DNA of 64,000 nucleotides from Haplodiscus bocki (Eukaryota): positions 66,030,001 through 66,094,000 of the forward strand of contig OZ296649.1 of NCBI GenBank assembly GCA_965655095.1, in the 5' to 3' direction. Below are positions 10,828 to 23,441 of the stretch, piece by piece. The first letter of the stretch is position 1; each line of letters starts with the position of its first letter. Made by a program: the position numbers and the translations under genes. Under the pieces are notes generated by a model. The model was not told the origin of the DNA. It ran no database searches and saw only the letters and a list, made by a program, of their open reading frames with translations.

Positions 10828-12080
10828 TGTTCCGTATGTGTTCCGTCGTTATTAATCTGGTGACGTCACTAGAATTTCAGCCAATCCGCTCTGCTACTAC
10901 GCTGTTTCACTTTCGACGGACACGGAACGGCTACGTAGCCACATGATTCCTTCTCCTCAGTAGCACTGCGGAGAGCAGTGCTACAAGCGGCTACGTATTC
11001 GCTCCGCAATGCTCCGGCCAAAGTGAGGCGTGAGCTGAAAGAAACGTGGAACGGGCTAGGAAAAAGCCTAGTTTTGTTCCCAATAGTGGATTTAATCGAT
11101 GCAGTATGTAACCACATGTAAACATGAATTTTTCTAGCATTTATACGAACTTTTTTTTATGCATTTTATTTATTTTTCCGATGCATTCTAATAATTTCCT
11201 CTCATGGAATTTTTTTAATCTATTGTTTATGTTATTATTTATTGTGTCGGCGTGGGAATAACCACTTTGATGTCCATTTCCGGCGGATCGGACCCGTACT
11301 TCTTCCGTCAAAAGATGGAAAAGACGCGGTCCGTGAAGGATGAAATGGACAGAGAGGTGTTTTTTTCCCGCCAAAGTCGGCATTTTTCCTTCTATAAATA
11401 ATCTGATTAAAGTACTTTTCCCTATTTCTACCTTGATTTGGCGTGTAAACAATTATGTTTCCCGCCAAGGAAAGGTATAAATAGAAGAAACGAAAGTACC
11501 ATTTTTATTGTAGAAATTGTAGCCTTCTGGTATTGTACCTTTTTTATAAAATCATTGATTGTTTGCTTTTATTGAAACCCTTTTCCCTGATAATAGAGGA
11601 GATCATCACTTTGGATTATAAAATAAAAACTTCAATTCGGTCTTCGCTGTTGACAGAACTTTTCCCTCATTCTCATGGCAACTTTGAGAATTAAGCGGAA
11701 AATAGCAACAGTTTCGAGAGAAACACCTACGAATACCAGGAATAATCAGTCACAGAACAAGCTTGATCCAGAAATGGCTCAAGAATACATCTCCCAGGTT
11801 TCTGAAGAGATCGAAGGGAGGGTAACTAAAAAACTCTCAAAAGACATCAGTATGACAGAGTCTCGTATCTTGGGTGCCCTGTCAAAGCTTGACGAATTCC
11901 TTCTGAACCCGCAAGTTCGGACTTGTTCCGTAGCCGTTCCGGGAACATCCAGGAACAGCAACTCAGAAAACCGGGAACCCAATGAGGATCGTTCCCTGGA
12001 CGATCCCTGCCCCGAAGCGAGATTCTCTTCTCATCACTCTGGCAATCTAAATAGCTCAGAGGCGGAAGACTATCCTCACA
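10828..12080 (+). mobile_element. Solo LTR-like element, family B copy 1 (TGTTCCGT...CCTCACA)
   Basis: Homologous over its length to 31784-33009 (-) and 57929-59140 (+). TG...CA ends; TGACGTCA at 10861 followed by CCAAT. Confidence 0.78.
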
Positions 12081-12127
12081 AAAATTTTCACGTCGGAGAT
12101 TTAAAAACTTTTATCCGCAAAATCTAA
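11675..12127 (+). CDS. LTR-embedded ORF1/gag N-terminus (MATLRIKRK...), open across the LTR end into flanking DNA
   Basis: 150-aa ORF, ~135 codons inside the repeat. Conserved core EYISQVSEEIEGRVTKKLS...ESRILGALSKLDEFL is shared with the two other copies. Confidence 0.6.
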   Translation: MATLRIKRKIATVSRETPTNTRNNQSQNKLDPEMAQEYISQVSEEIEGRVTKKLSKDISMTESRILGALSKLDEFLLNPQVRTCSVAVPGTSRNSNSENREPNEDRSLDDPCPEARFSSHHSGNLNSSEAEDYPHKNFHVGDLKTFIRKI

Positions 12128-15100
12128 ACACGGATATATGGTAGGACACGACAGAAGCATCAAAATAGTCAAGTAACAAATTTCATTTTTAATGCAATAA
12201 TCAACAGTGAATAGCGTTCATCAATTCAAAACAAATGACATTTCTACCTCAAGATTTGAATAGTTGAATCACATTTATCATTTCAAAAATATTGTCACCA
12301 ATCTGTCATGAACAATAGTAGCTTTATTCGCTTAAAACGGTAGTCAACTGGTCTTATGCCCTTTGAGAACGCAGGCAATGGAAATCCTATTCAATCTAGA
12401 GAGATCCCCAGTTTTTAAGAAGAAAGCATGCTATTTTAAAGAAAATCTTCCTCGTTGTTAATTAGCATTACAGAAAGAGTCTAATAATAGGTTTTTGTTC
12501 GGACTTTATTTGATGAAGTTATTCAAGACAAGTATTCCAAACGTTTCGATCTCTTGTTTTTAACTGAAGTAGTCACAGAAGAGATGAGTTCTATCTTCAG
12601 ACAGAATTGGCTTTGGAGTGGCAAACGAAACTCAAGAATTCTAGGACAAGAACGAGTGAATAATCGATATTATATTGAAATGGTCAACTGGAGACAGGCA
12701 AAAAGGCTTGTTGAGGCTTAAAAGCACGTGGTTGAGGTCCTTTAATTTTTGATGTGACGTGTGTGCAGACTCAGAGCAATGCTACCATTCAAAACTAATG
12801 CACATTTGGAACTCAATTCCTAAGTCATCAAATTGCTGGGTGAAATAGGTCAGTGGGTATCGATCACGTGTAGTATGAAGTAGTTTCTAGCGGCATTCTG
12901 GACTCGATCATGTGAGTATTCGTATATCATATCGGCACAGAAATCTCTGCTAAAAATTTCTTTTGAGATGAAGAACTTCCAATGACAAAAGGTAGATCAC
13001 TAAATCGTGTGTGCAATTTTTTTCTGAAATAGGCAGGAAGAATATTTAGGGTTTAGATGTATCGTATTCAATAAGTTGAAAACCGACGCCTGATTCTCTC
13101 CGTTTCACCTTCTACCGATGTTTATAAAAAAAATCAAATTTTTCATGTTGGGTGCAACTGCCACCAAGGTCCCCAGCAGTCTAAGAAAAGCATGTATCAA
13201 GCCGCGAGCGCCCAAGTCTGCGCTGCCAGTAAAACTAAAAACACTCGTAGACAGAGAGCCCCTGTTGTTTGTCTCTTTTGGTATTTCACGAAAACTGAGT
13301 CTACCCATGGTAAAATATTCCCTCAAATTCCAGTCAAACCAGTCCTAAGAAACATTTTGGCGAATAACCGAGGGCGGTAGTCAGGTGAGAGTTAGTCCCA
13401 GTTCGATTTTCTAGTTTTCAAAAAACAAAGCGCCGGACAACTAATTATGTTGTCGAACGCAGATAATCGAGTTAGTTCGTTATTTGATCCAACCAAAAAG
13501 CAGGAGATTGGCTTGAGGGTGGTGGGTGATCGATTAGCGGACAATCAAGAGAACATATATGACACTTTTTTGAGCCAAAATTGTTTGATTCACGGTACCA
13601 ACAAAATTCCCAAGGGTCTTCTGGAACATTTAAAAAAATGATTGTGAACGATGTACGAAAAACAAGAGGCGGCGTCACTGTTTTTGCATAGTATTTTGTC
13701 TTACAACTGAAAGAGATCGTAGATGAACACTTCAGTGTTTTCGATAAGCTCCAGTCCTGAATGATTTCCGGATGAAAGCTGATACGTTGCTCGCATAGCA
13801 GATTGATACCAAGAGACCACAAACATGGCGTGGAAAAAGTCAGGTCATATTTCGGGCAACTTTTTACTCTAAATGCGCTGACTCAAAACTAGCAAGGGTG
13901 TTATCTAGAATACAGATGATGCTTTGCAGGAAAAGATAAATGACAACAATTGCAATTCAACTCAATGTTTTCTGTTTTTACACCTCAAACAGTTACTCAA
14001 AAACAGGAAAAATGATTCGAAAATAGCAAAACTTTTCAAGCAACCTGTTGTAGAAACTGGGCAAAAATTGTGTTTGTGCCGAGGTCGCAAAAATTCGACT
14101 ACGATTTCTCAGAAATGCCATAACCAGCCAAATTCAGTGTTTGACGTACAAAACGTTCCAGAAAAGGGACGAATGCAAGCAACACTGTGAAATAGACATT
14201 TATTGTTTTAGTATCGTATCGAAATGTGGCGTACAGCCCAAAATCCTGCAATGAGAGCTGAAACCCAGAAGAATCACTAAAGCCTTGTAGTCTGGCTGCT
14301 CCTTGAAGCTGTTGTTTTGACAACAAAACTGAATCTCTGTTATTTTGAGGTGTTAAGTTTGTATTTGAGCGATGTCTGGAGGAGAATATAACATGTGCGT
14401 GTGCTTGTTTTTAATTAGTCCTTTTTAATCAAAAAGTGCCCAATTATTACTGCGACTTTTGTTTTTTTTTTGTTTTTCATTCTGAAAGACTCCAATCGAC
14501 GAAATTCTAGAAAAAATTGAACAGTTTAGTATTGGGTCCTAAGCTTTCGGCCCTCCTCAAAAGTGCAACCCAAAGCTTGGAAATGTAATATATTGCGTAC
14601 AAGAATACAAAAATCTCAAAACTCAAAATCCCGAAAAAAAAATATTTTTTCTAAAGATGAAATACCAAAAATTTTCATGAGACCCCCTTTACATATGTTG
14701 AGCAGTACGGGCAGCACCAACTTGGGCCCTTCCCCCGCTTGTTCATATCAGGAATGTAGAAGCTTTAACTCTATATCACCAACAGAGCAAGACTGAAAAT
14801 TTTAAAAGAAGCCGTCTAGGTCTGAGTTTGTAGGCTTACCTTGAGGAGTTAGATCATGCAAATCCACAGTAGAAGAACCCTAGGGGGGAATCGGGGACTC
14901 GAAATGTCATAATGCCATGGACGAAAGGAAATTTTGTCACTCGGTACCTAACACCGTACAGCCCCACTCATCATAATTAGCGTCGCTCAAAGATTTTATT
15001 ACAAAAACAGAGAAATTAATTCGGGAATACCGAAGTCTTTCAAATAAACTAGCGCTCTCCGTGAGAATTTGCTGTTATTTTCCGCCCATACTTATGATAT

Positions 15101-15434
15101 GCAAAAAATCATTCACTCAGAGCGTAGCATTTTTTTGTACGTTTACCTGCCTTTTGTCCGGGCAGAAACTCCAGTCCGGGGGCTCACTTTGAATTTTTTT
15201 AATCGCCAATTTATAACAAATTTGCTGTACAATGTAACTGAAAAAATGAGTTTGTCAAGTAAGTACGAAAAATGTTTTTTTTTGGAAAACAGGTTGGGCT
15301 TTTTTGATCAAAACTCTGATTTTGATCAAAACTTCTGACAAATCGGTAAAATTAGCTCATTTCTATACAATGCCAATGGAACGATATGATTCTTGAAAAT
15401 TTCTCTTCAGCTTCAATTGTGACGTTAAAAATTA

Positions 15435-15785
15435 TATGGGTGCGGATAATACCAGTCAAACCCGATACCGACTTTGACTAAAATAATTCTCACCCACATC
15501 AACGTAACACAAGAATCTTAACAAACTTTTTTCTCACTTTTTTTCTGAACCACACAAAAGCCAAAGTCGAATGCAAGAAAGCCTGTATGAATATTTTCAT
15601 ATTTCCACAAAAAACATTGCACGTACACATATACATTGTGAGCGAGACTGAATTATGTCGACATAATACACGAGACTGAAAAAAAACCAATACCAACTAT
15701 GTCGACATAACATACGCAAACACGAGACTGAAAAAATTCATCACTATCAATTTTGTCGACATAATAGATAATGTATAATTATTCT
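15435..15785 (+). repeat. Left terminal inverted repeat of Polinton
   Basis: Reverse complement of 27571-27921 (TAT[G/A]GGTGC[G/T]GATAATACCAGTCAAACCC...). Contains three TGTCGACATA motifs and three CGAGACTGAA repeats. Confidence 0.95.
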
Positions 15786-16395
15786 GACTGTATAAATATT
15801 GCCTGTATAGTATATACCAAAGTGATCAACATATTATCTAAAATTTTGTCTATGAACATAGCTAATTCATTACTATCTTTACAGAATCTATTAGTATCGA
15901 TCTCTCCATCGCTATCGCCTACAGTAAAATAACCATTCGAGAAAAACCCATCTTTCAAATTTTTCATATGTTCTATTGGAGTATTTACTGGGGTTTGATT
16001 GTTTATAATCTTGTTTTCTTCTGCTAATTCGAAAAATAAACCAAGGTCAAACTCGTTTTCTTCTTTTTGCATTTCAAGATTTTCGGTAAAATCAAACGGG
16101 TTTTCGTTAGAAATAGTTTTCATTTTCTTTTTAAATTCTTTAATCTTAAGTTAACCTACATCTTCTGCTTCTTCGATGTGTGGAATTATTTGTTTTATCG
16201 CGTGTATAGTTTTTCCAATACCGATTTTTATTTCATTAACTCAATAACCCTCGAAGAAAGTTCTCGAAGTTTTCGATCTCTATGTCTCCCCCTACGTATG
16301 GCTTTTCTGAGTTTTTTTGATTTCCCAAGAATTCTCATCTTTTTTTCATCGATTTTATCTATGTCAGTTTCTAACATTCTCATTTTTTTTCATCA
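15779..16395 (-). pseudogene. Polinton ORF remnant truncated at the left TIR; possibly the non-catalytic N-terminus of pPolB
   Basis: ORF 15779-16123 plus upstream pieces run directly into the TIR. No polymerase motifs. The pPolB assignment rests on position and recollection only. Confidence 0.35.
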
Positions 16396-16951
16396 CTGAT
16401 CTAGCTGTTACTTTTTTTCTCAATCGCTTGTTATATGAAAACTCATGTTAATTTTATCAGGGAAAAATGTATTGGAAAAAAATTCCTATTCAATAAAAAA
16501 ACAAAAAACAAACGGAGACTAAAACCTGTAGTATGTGTAATTTTCAGAAACATATCAAAGTTTTTTACAAAAATTATCCATAATGTAAAGATTGTAATAG
16601 TAAAAGAAGTTGAAAACGTTACTATGGTAATGAAGATAAAATGATGAATCAACGAAAAATATATTATGAAAAAAAAAGAAATGAACTATTACAGAAACAA
16701 CATGAAAGAGATATACGACCTAGAGAATTACTTAGATCCTATGTCGAGTTAGAAAACAGGTTAAAAGAATTGGAAGAAGAATTCACAGTAAATGACTCAG
16801 AAAACAGTTCATGTTTCTGTAAACGAAACCACCTAAACAGGAATTACCTCACAAACAAAAACCGATGTTTATCATATTACACCTAAAAAATTATGATTTT
16901 GAAAACAACAGTTGTTATTTTAAAATTTGATGAGAACTATATTAATAGGTA

Positions 16952-17460
16952 AATGGCGTTCTTTAACGACATATAATGTCAACTTTGTGGAAGATTCATT
17001 ACTGAAGACCAATGGAATACGCATCTTCATTCTAGTAGACATTTACATAGAGAAATGAATGGATATTGGCCAGCCTATTTACTACAATAAAACAAACTAC
17101 AGACGAAGGTAGTATACTTGAGATTTTGGAAGTTAAGATGTTTTACCCATGTATGGATTTTTGAAAACATGTATTATGACGGTTACAATTATGAAAGACC
17201 ATGTCGCACCTGATGATATTGACGATGATGTTAATTTTAGATATAGTTATGGAGATAATATGATAGTTCAATTTAAAAAATAATTATATAACAAAACTTT
17301 CAATCATCAGACTCAAGAGAAACGCGAAGATGGTCTCCGAAAAAGATTTCAACTTTGGCTGAATTATGTTGTTAAAATGGGAAGACCAATACCAGATAAT
17401 GTTTACGATTACGATTATAATGTTCCTGGACTAGATTATTTCTTTCGGGGGTCAAAGTAA
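16952..17460 (+). pseudogene. Polinton C2H2 zinc-finger protein remnant
   Basis: MAFFNDI*CQLCGRFITEDQWNTHLHSSRH; several stops. Confidence 0.55.
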
Positions 17461-17492
17461 TATCCGGAGCTCAAAGAATTTAAACAAAAATC

Positions 17493-18354
17493 ATGATAAA
17501 CGACACAGAAAACAATTAAAAATTTTATAGTTGAAAGTTATTCGAAAGGACCCAAAAAGAAAAATAGCACTAACAAAACAGATGTTTGCTATAGTGATAA
17601 CATTTGAAGTTTAGACATATTAGACTGAAAAGGTTACGGTCTTGAAAATATTAGAGGATATAGATATGATTTAGGTTGGATAATCGACAATTTCTAAAAG
17701 AAAAGGTTGGATTGTTCCACTCAAAAATAGACATGCTCCAACAATCAAAAAAAATTTCGAAAAAGTTCTTCTAAACTCCAAAAGAAAACCAAACTTTATC
17801 GTAACTGATCGAGGAAATGATTTTTATAACAATATTTTTTAAAGTTTTTAAAAGAAAATTAACATTAAGCATTATTCTAGAAATTCATTCCTAGGAGCTA
17901 TTTTTGCAGAAAAGTTTGATCGCACTATTAGAGATCTTCTTACAAAACCAGTTTTTGGAAGAGGTGATGCTAATTGGATTGATGTTTTGCTCATAATAAC
18001 AAAACAAAAAACAACAGAATTCATTCTTCCACTAAAATAACAGCAATACAAGGTAGTTTAAGAAAGAACGAAGGATTTGTTTATCGAAATTTAGTAGACA
18101 AAAGGAAGAAAATAATTCCAAAATAAAAAATTCACGATTTTTTTCCAGTTGCAGTTTTGAAGAGAACTTTTTCAAAAAGAGATACAACTAATTGGAGTTG
18201 CAAATTGTAAAACGTTACAGAAATTCATAATGATACAATACGGAGTTACAAAAGAGATGATTTACCAGAAAGATATAATGAAGCCTTGTTGAAAAAGACT
18301 AATATATCAGTGGAAGAAAATATAGATGTTATGAAAATCTTAAACATAGGTTAA
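17493..18354 (+). pseudogene. Polinton retroviral-like (rve/DDE) integrase
   Basis: Translated by hand: I*SLDILD, GYRY...IDNF, VTDRGNDFYN, FAEKFDRTIRD, NWIDVL, FSKRDTTNWS. Many stops and frameshifts. Confidence 0.9.
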
Positions 18355-19575
18355 ATCGAAATGTTTTTGACCATCTGAGCATGCTTACTAATATATTTGT
18401 TGAAACTAAAGCATAACCGTAAATCCCAGCAGGAACATTTTTTGAAAATTTATGTTCTGGTTTAAATGGTTGAGCAGATTCTAAGTTTTTCTGATATCTT
18501 ATATCGAAGATCTATAAGTCATAACCAAAAATTTCACCATTATTGGATGATCTAAAATCATTATCAGATATACATGGTTTAAGGATATCATCTTCTTTAA
18601 TTTGACCATATCCTTGAGAATAATCATCATCATCATAGTTCAATAAAATACCTGAATCAGGATAAATTTCGGTCCCATCATTTCATTGAGCACTTGTTAC
18701 TAAAGGCCTATAAAAAGTGTGCTTGTTTAAATTTTTCGATTCTTGTCTACTTCTTTGTTAAAAAGCTACAATAATCCATTTGGGAACGTTTACTCCTTCT
18801 TGAGTCCCTAATTTAAAGTTCCAAAAACTTTGAGTATTCTTTTCTGTCATGAAAACAGATCTCTCTACATATTGAAGTTCTGTAGGCACCCTAATTAAGA
18901 TCTGTTTTGATAATATAGCTGTTGTGGGATTGATGGAGTACAATGCGGTACATACCATTTTATGGCAATAATGTTATTTTTAGCATTATTGGTTGCATTA
19001 TCTTTGTTCAAAACGGAGCTATCACCATTTTTTCTTACTGTTAATATATATCCCAAACCGAAAATACCTCATTCTTGGTGTTCAGCGAATCCAAATATTT
19101 CTTTCAACATTTTTCAGATAAGATATTTTTCTTTTTTATTTTTGTTATTAGTTAACTCTCGTTGTCTTCTATTTCGATCACGGTCAAATCCAATAGACAG
19201 ATCATCAGTACCTCTAGCGCTACTTATTAAAATTTACCTTAACGAAACAATGCGTGCGTGACTAGTACCTTCAGAGTGTTTTTCTGAACTAGTTGTTAAC
19301 TTATAATTACTAAATTAAGCAATCGGACCTAAATGAAACATTTTTTCTCCAATTTTAACTGCAGGTGTATCATTGCTAGCAGCATGTAGTACATCAAAAC
19401 TTATTTCAAGATACCTATTTAACAAAGAAATAACAGAATCTTCTCGAGGTGTATTGATATATATTTGAGAATTAACAGTCTTTATTGTACTTATTCCTGA
19501 TGGTGACTATCGTATATAAACTCATGTTAAAATGTTTTTAATCATTTCTTATTTTTCAATTAGTTCGAACACTTA
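18350..19575 (-). pseudogene. Major capsid protein (double jelly-roll), Polinton/adintovirus type
   Basis: Fragments YIR*SPS, LGPIA*FSNYKLTTSS, PTELQYVERSVF, PKWIIVAF*QR, YPDSGILLNYDDDDYSQGYGQIK, IFDIRYQK. Size ~400 codons. Confidence 0.75.
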
Positions 19576-20391
19576 AGTAGTAAAATTTTATGCTGTTTCG
19601 TAGATATGCATTGGTATTCTAATAATTTCTCAACTATAGCAACAATTTTTTGTTTATTTATGTCAGAATTATTACCTGCTTGCTTTTCTTGTAGTAATAA
19701 TTTTATTCTATCACAAAGTTCGTTGGGATTTTCTTGTGAAAAATTCGTTGAAAATCCAGAAGCCATGATAGGAGGTGATTTAAGCGACTTTATAAGAGAT
19801 CTATCTCTGGGACTTTTGTTACTTCGAGGTTTTTCACGAAAGTACATTTCTTTTGGAAAATCATACATTAACTTTTTATCCGCTAAATTAGTAAGACAAC
19901 ATTATAGTTTTTATCAGTTATCATTTTCAAAAGATCTCTTGGTAAAATTTTTTACCTTTATCACGAAATGTCAACAAACTGTTAGATAGAGTAATTGATT
20001 TTGTAATGTGTTTTTACAAATCATTGACTCTATTTGAGCTAGGATCTTTTACTAATTTGAATTGAGTTGTATTTTCTGGATTACTGATTTTAGATAGAGG
20101 AGACAACAAATAAGGTGCTATTGTACCTCTAACATTCAATATTTCTAAAAGTTTGTCGTTTAAGTCCTCCAGTGCTTTGTTGTCTTTAATAGAAGTTTCC
20201 ATCATAGTTTTTGTTGCCTCCCAAGAGACATCTTCAATAGATTTAGTGACAGGTTCAAATACTTTTCTCTCGTCTTCATGAAAGTTTTGTTTTCCTAATT
20301 CATCTTGTAATCGTAAATCTTCCAATTGAGTTTTCAATGAAGCTAGTGCTTCTAAATTTTCTAAATCATCTTCATTTTTAATTGAATACAA
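19560..20391 (-). pseudogene. Conserved Polinton protein of unknown function (C-terminal NPNELCDRIKLLLQEKQAGNN motif)
   Basis: ORFs 20014-20391 and 19560-19868. The PNELxxRLxLLxxxKxAGN motif is typical of Polinton/adintovirus ORFs next to the MCP. Confidence 0.7.
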
Positions 20392-20399
20392 AATGTAAA

Positions 20400-21190
20400 G
20401 TAATTAAAAAGGTTTCGTCTGGGAAGTACATTCTATATTAATTGTTTTATTACAAATTCTAATAGTGTATCCACAATCTCCCATTTTAGTAAATCTGTCT
20501 ATTTGTAAAAATTCATGATCACTTTTTCAAGCTTCACGACATAGAGATTTCCATTCTTCTAAATTCACATCTAATCCAGCTATATCATGAAAGAATAGTA
20601 TATCTATTAGAGTCAGTTTAAATGAAAAATTTCTATTAGAAATTTTACGAATAAAATTTTTTGGGAGAAGAAAATGGCTGTGAGATTTATAGTTTTTATC
20701 AATATTATTATGACGCCCTCGGGTATAAAACAAATCAATTTTGCATGCTTGTTTCGATTGCAACATATCATCAGAAACAACAGTGCTGTTTTCATAACTT
20801 TCTAAAAGTTGAATTTCTTCTGATGTTTGGGCTTTGATATTAGGATATTGATTAAGTGATTTTGTAAATGTAAAAATGGGTTCTTGTTTCTGAAGTAGAA
20901 TATAATTCATCAAATAAAATTTGCAACAATTCGAAAAATTTGTTTTGACCGTTCTATTGTTATTGTTAGTGTTAACATTATCATTTTTTGGTTGGGTTTC
21001 GACCGGTTGATGTTCTCGTTCAATATGACTATTCAACCAGTTTTATGTCGAAAACTTTCCACATAATTCCCATTGGAATTTCTCATTTAAACAATTTTTA
21101 CATCTGTTTTCCACGTTTGTATAAAATATTTTCTCATCCAAATTTTTTCCACAATCAATACAAAGAAACGTCGTTTATCAAATATAACTT
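20400..21190 (-). pseudogene. Packaging ATPase (A32/FtsK-like)
   Basis: Degenerate Walker A (NFSNCCKF for GxSxxGKT), Walker B VVSDDML, and FYTRGRHNNI motif. Confidence 0.82.
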
Positions 21191-21414
21191 CTAGGAATTT
21201 TAATTTCTAGGATTTCTAGCTTGAATTTGAACAGTTTACAACAATTATCAAACTTCCAGGACTTCTATGATTTCTATATTGTAGGTTTCAGGTTGAATTT
21301 CAGGTAAATATTACTAAAAAACTTTATTTTTAATTTTATATTCATATTTATAAAAAAGATTCATTTTTCTTTTCAATCAAATACTTAGAAAATTTTATTA
21401 CAATGACATTCATA

Positions 21415-21880
21415 TTAAATTTTATCAAATAAATTCTTTTCTAGACTTTTTCTGTTTATTTTCTTGAAAGATTTGATTGCTTGTTGATCTCTTTCAGGTA
21501 GTTTTTTGTGTTTATTGTATTTATTTATGATTATTTTATGTAATACTTTGTTACATATTGATAAGGTACACACAATTCCAGCTGATATTGGTAAAATAAT
21601 CAAACCAATGCCAGTAACCGATAGAGTTATAGAATTCGACTTTGCTCCAATAATAAAAATTGTGTCTATTGATCCTATTATTGTGTTTAGTATAGTATAA
21701 TTTCCACATTTCTTTCTCGATTTATGATTTTTGTCTTTGCAGTATGTGATCATTTCTTTAATGTTGTTGATATGGTAATTGAAACTATTTACATCACTTA
21801 ATTTTCTTTTCAAAACGTTATTTTAAACCATTGTTTTCTAGTGCTGCAGAAAGATAAAAGTGGTCTGTTTTTAGTTCCAC
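21415..21880 (-). pseudogene. Polinton small membrane protein
   Basis: ORF 21415-21813 with hydrophobic stretch ITLSVTGIGLIILPISAGIVCTLSI. Confidence 0.55.
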
Positions 21881-21914
21881 TTATGTAGCACAAATTATAC
21901 AAATTTTACAAATT

Positions 21915-22290
21915 ATAGTCCTTTACCTGTGTCATAAAAACTTTTTAGTTCAGGTAGTGTTGACATTAGATTTTTCGGATTTCTAGAAGCTCCTGCTGTA
22001 GCAATGTTTGCTGTAATATTCAAGGATCGTGTTGGGTCTTTTAATACGTTTTTTTGCCATCTTTTTTAATGCATTGAGTCCTTTTTTACCCACTATCTTG
22101 AAGGAGTCATCTAATCGTTCAGCTTCTGTAGTAATAACGCTCACAATCATTGATCTTTTTCTATTGCATATTGAACAATGATCAACTAAAAATTTAACCT
22201 CTCTACCAGCTTTTTTATTAAATGTTATTTCACCAAGAATGTTTTTTGTACCAGAGGAGATTTTTTTGACCGACGCAAAAAGAATTAGTT
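21915..22290 (-). pseudogene. Polinton small basic virion core/membrane-lytic-like protein
   Basis: HCSICNRKRSMIVS...EAERLDDSFKIVGKKGLNALKKMAK: CxxC followed by an amphipathic basic helix. Confidence 0.5.
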
Positions 22291-22317
22291 TTAAGTTTTT
22301 GAAAGCTCTTTTAATAT

Positions 22318-23406
22318 TTCAAACTTTGATCAATTGCAAAGTGAAAGACTACGTTCCTTGATCAAAATTAACTTCTCTTTGATTACCATCTTCTAAGTAA
22401 AATGATAAAGTATTCAAAATACTTTTCTTTATTTTTTGATAATGAAGTGCTTCAAAATATCGTGTATCCAGGAGGTTTATCTACAACACAACTGCAAAGT
22501 TTTGTTTGTCTAACACCGTTTAATACAGATCCTTCAATAACATCACATTTCGAGTAAGTTTTATTTTATTGTACTTAAGTTTTCACTAATTTTTTTTCAC
22601 TAAAGTATTCATCATAAGTTGTGTAATCCCAATATGGTGGAAAACCTAGGGAAGTACTAAGGAACGATTTTTCATCAAATCTCAAAGCTCTGCTATCAAA
22701 CTTTACAATCAATTTAGTTGTCATGCTAATGTTATCATTTTCGATGATAATTGAATCGAATCTATCATATTTCTGAATTGGTTGTATTCCTCCTCTGATT
22801 TCAAAACGTTTTTTAAAACCTCTTGAAAGAACTTCAGAAAGGTCTTTAAATGTGTAAACGACAGGAGAAATTTCATATGTGATAAATTTTGAAATATGTT
22901 GTTTTATTATCAACTGAATAACGTCTTCATTTGAACCATTTAAAATTCAAAGATAACTTTCAAAATCTCGAAATGGTGATTCAGCATAACCCAGTAATAC
23001 TATATAAAAACCATCAGTCTGACTCTTTTCTATCGATAGTTTTCTATAAGTTTTAAAAAGATCTGGTCCGTGATTTTTATGTTTTAGATCCTCCGGTGAG
23101 ATAACTGAAAAACCAAATACTTCTGCTACCTTATCTTTCAATTCAACAAATGAAAATTCATCCTCAGAACAAAAAAGATACAGTTCGAAATTGTTATTTT
23201 CTTCTGTTATAACAAAAAAAATTGTAGACTTCTAGACTTGTCAATCCAATCATCCAAGATCCTTCAATCGATAATGATGGTTTGAAATGGAATGTTTCTC
23301 TTGGTTTGGTTAGTCTAAATTCTAGTGTTTTTCGTTTTTCTATGAGTTTGGTTAGTAAGCATTTCACAATTTTTAGTAATGAACAATGATAAATCTTCTG
23401 TTTCAT
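22318..23406 (-). pseudogene. Minor capsid protein (penton) paralogue 1
   Basis: Fragments KTLEFRLTKPRETFHF...WMIGLTSLEVYN, FITYEISPVVYTFKDLS, LRFDEKSFLSTSLGF, KCDVIEGSVLNGVRQ, FYLEDGN. Confidence 0.7.
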
Positions 23407-23441
23407 TTTTAGGTCAAATCATATTTAGGTTCCTTTCTTTA

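Noticed and set aside
15499-15696. Duplicated 65-aa ORF (also 27660-27857)
   Set aside because: Mirror copies inside the TIRs with non-ATG starts and no protein features.
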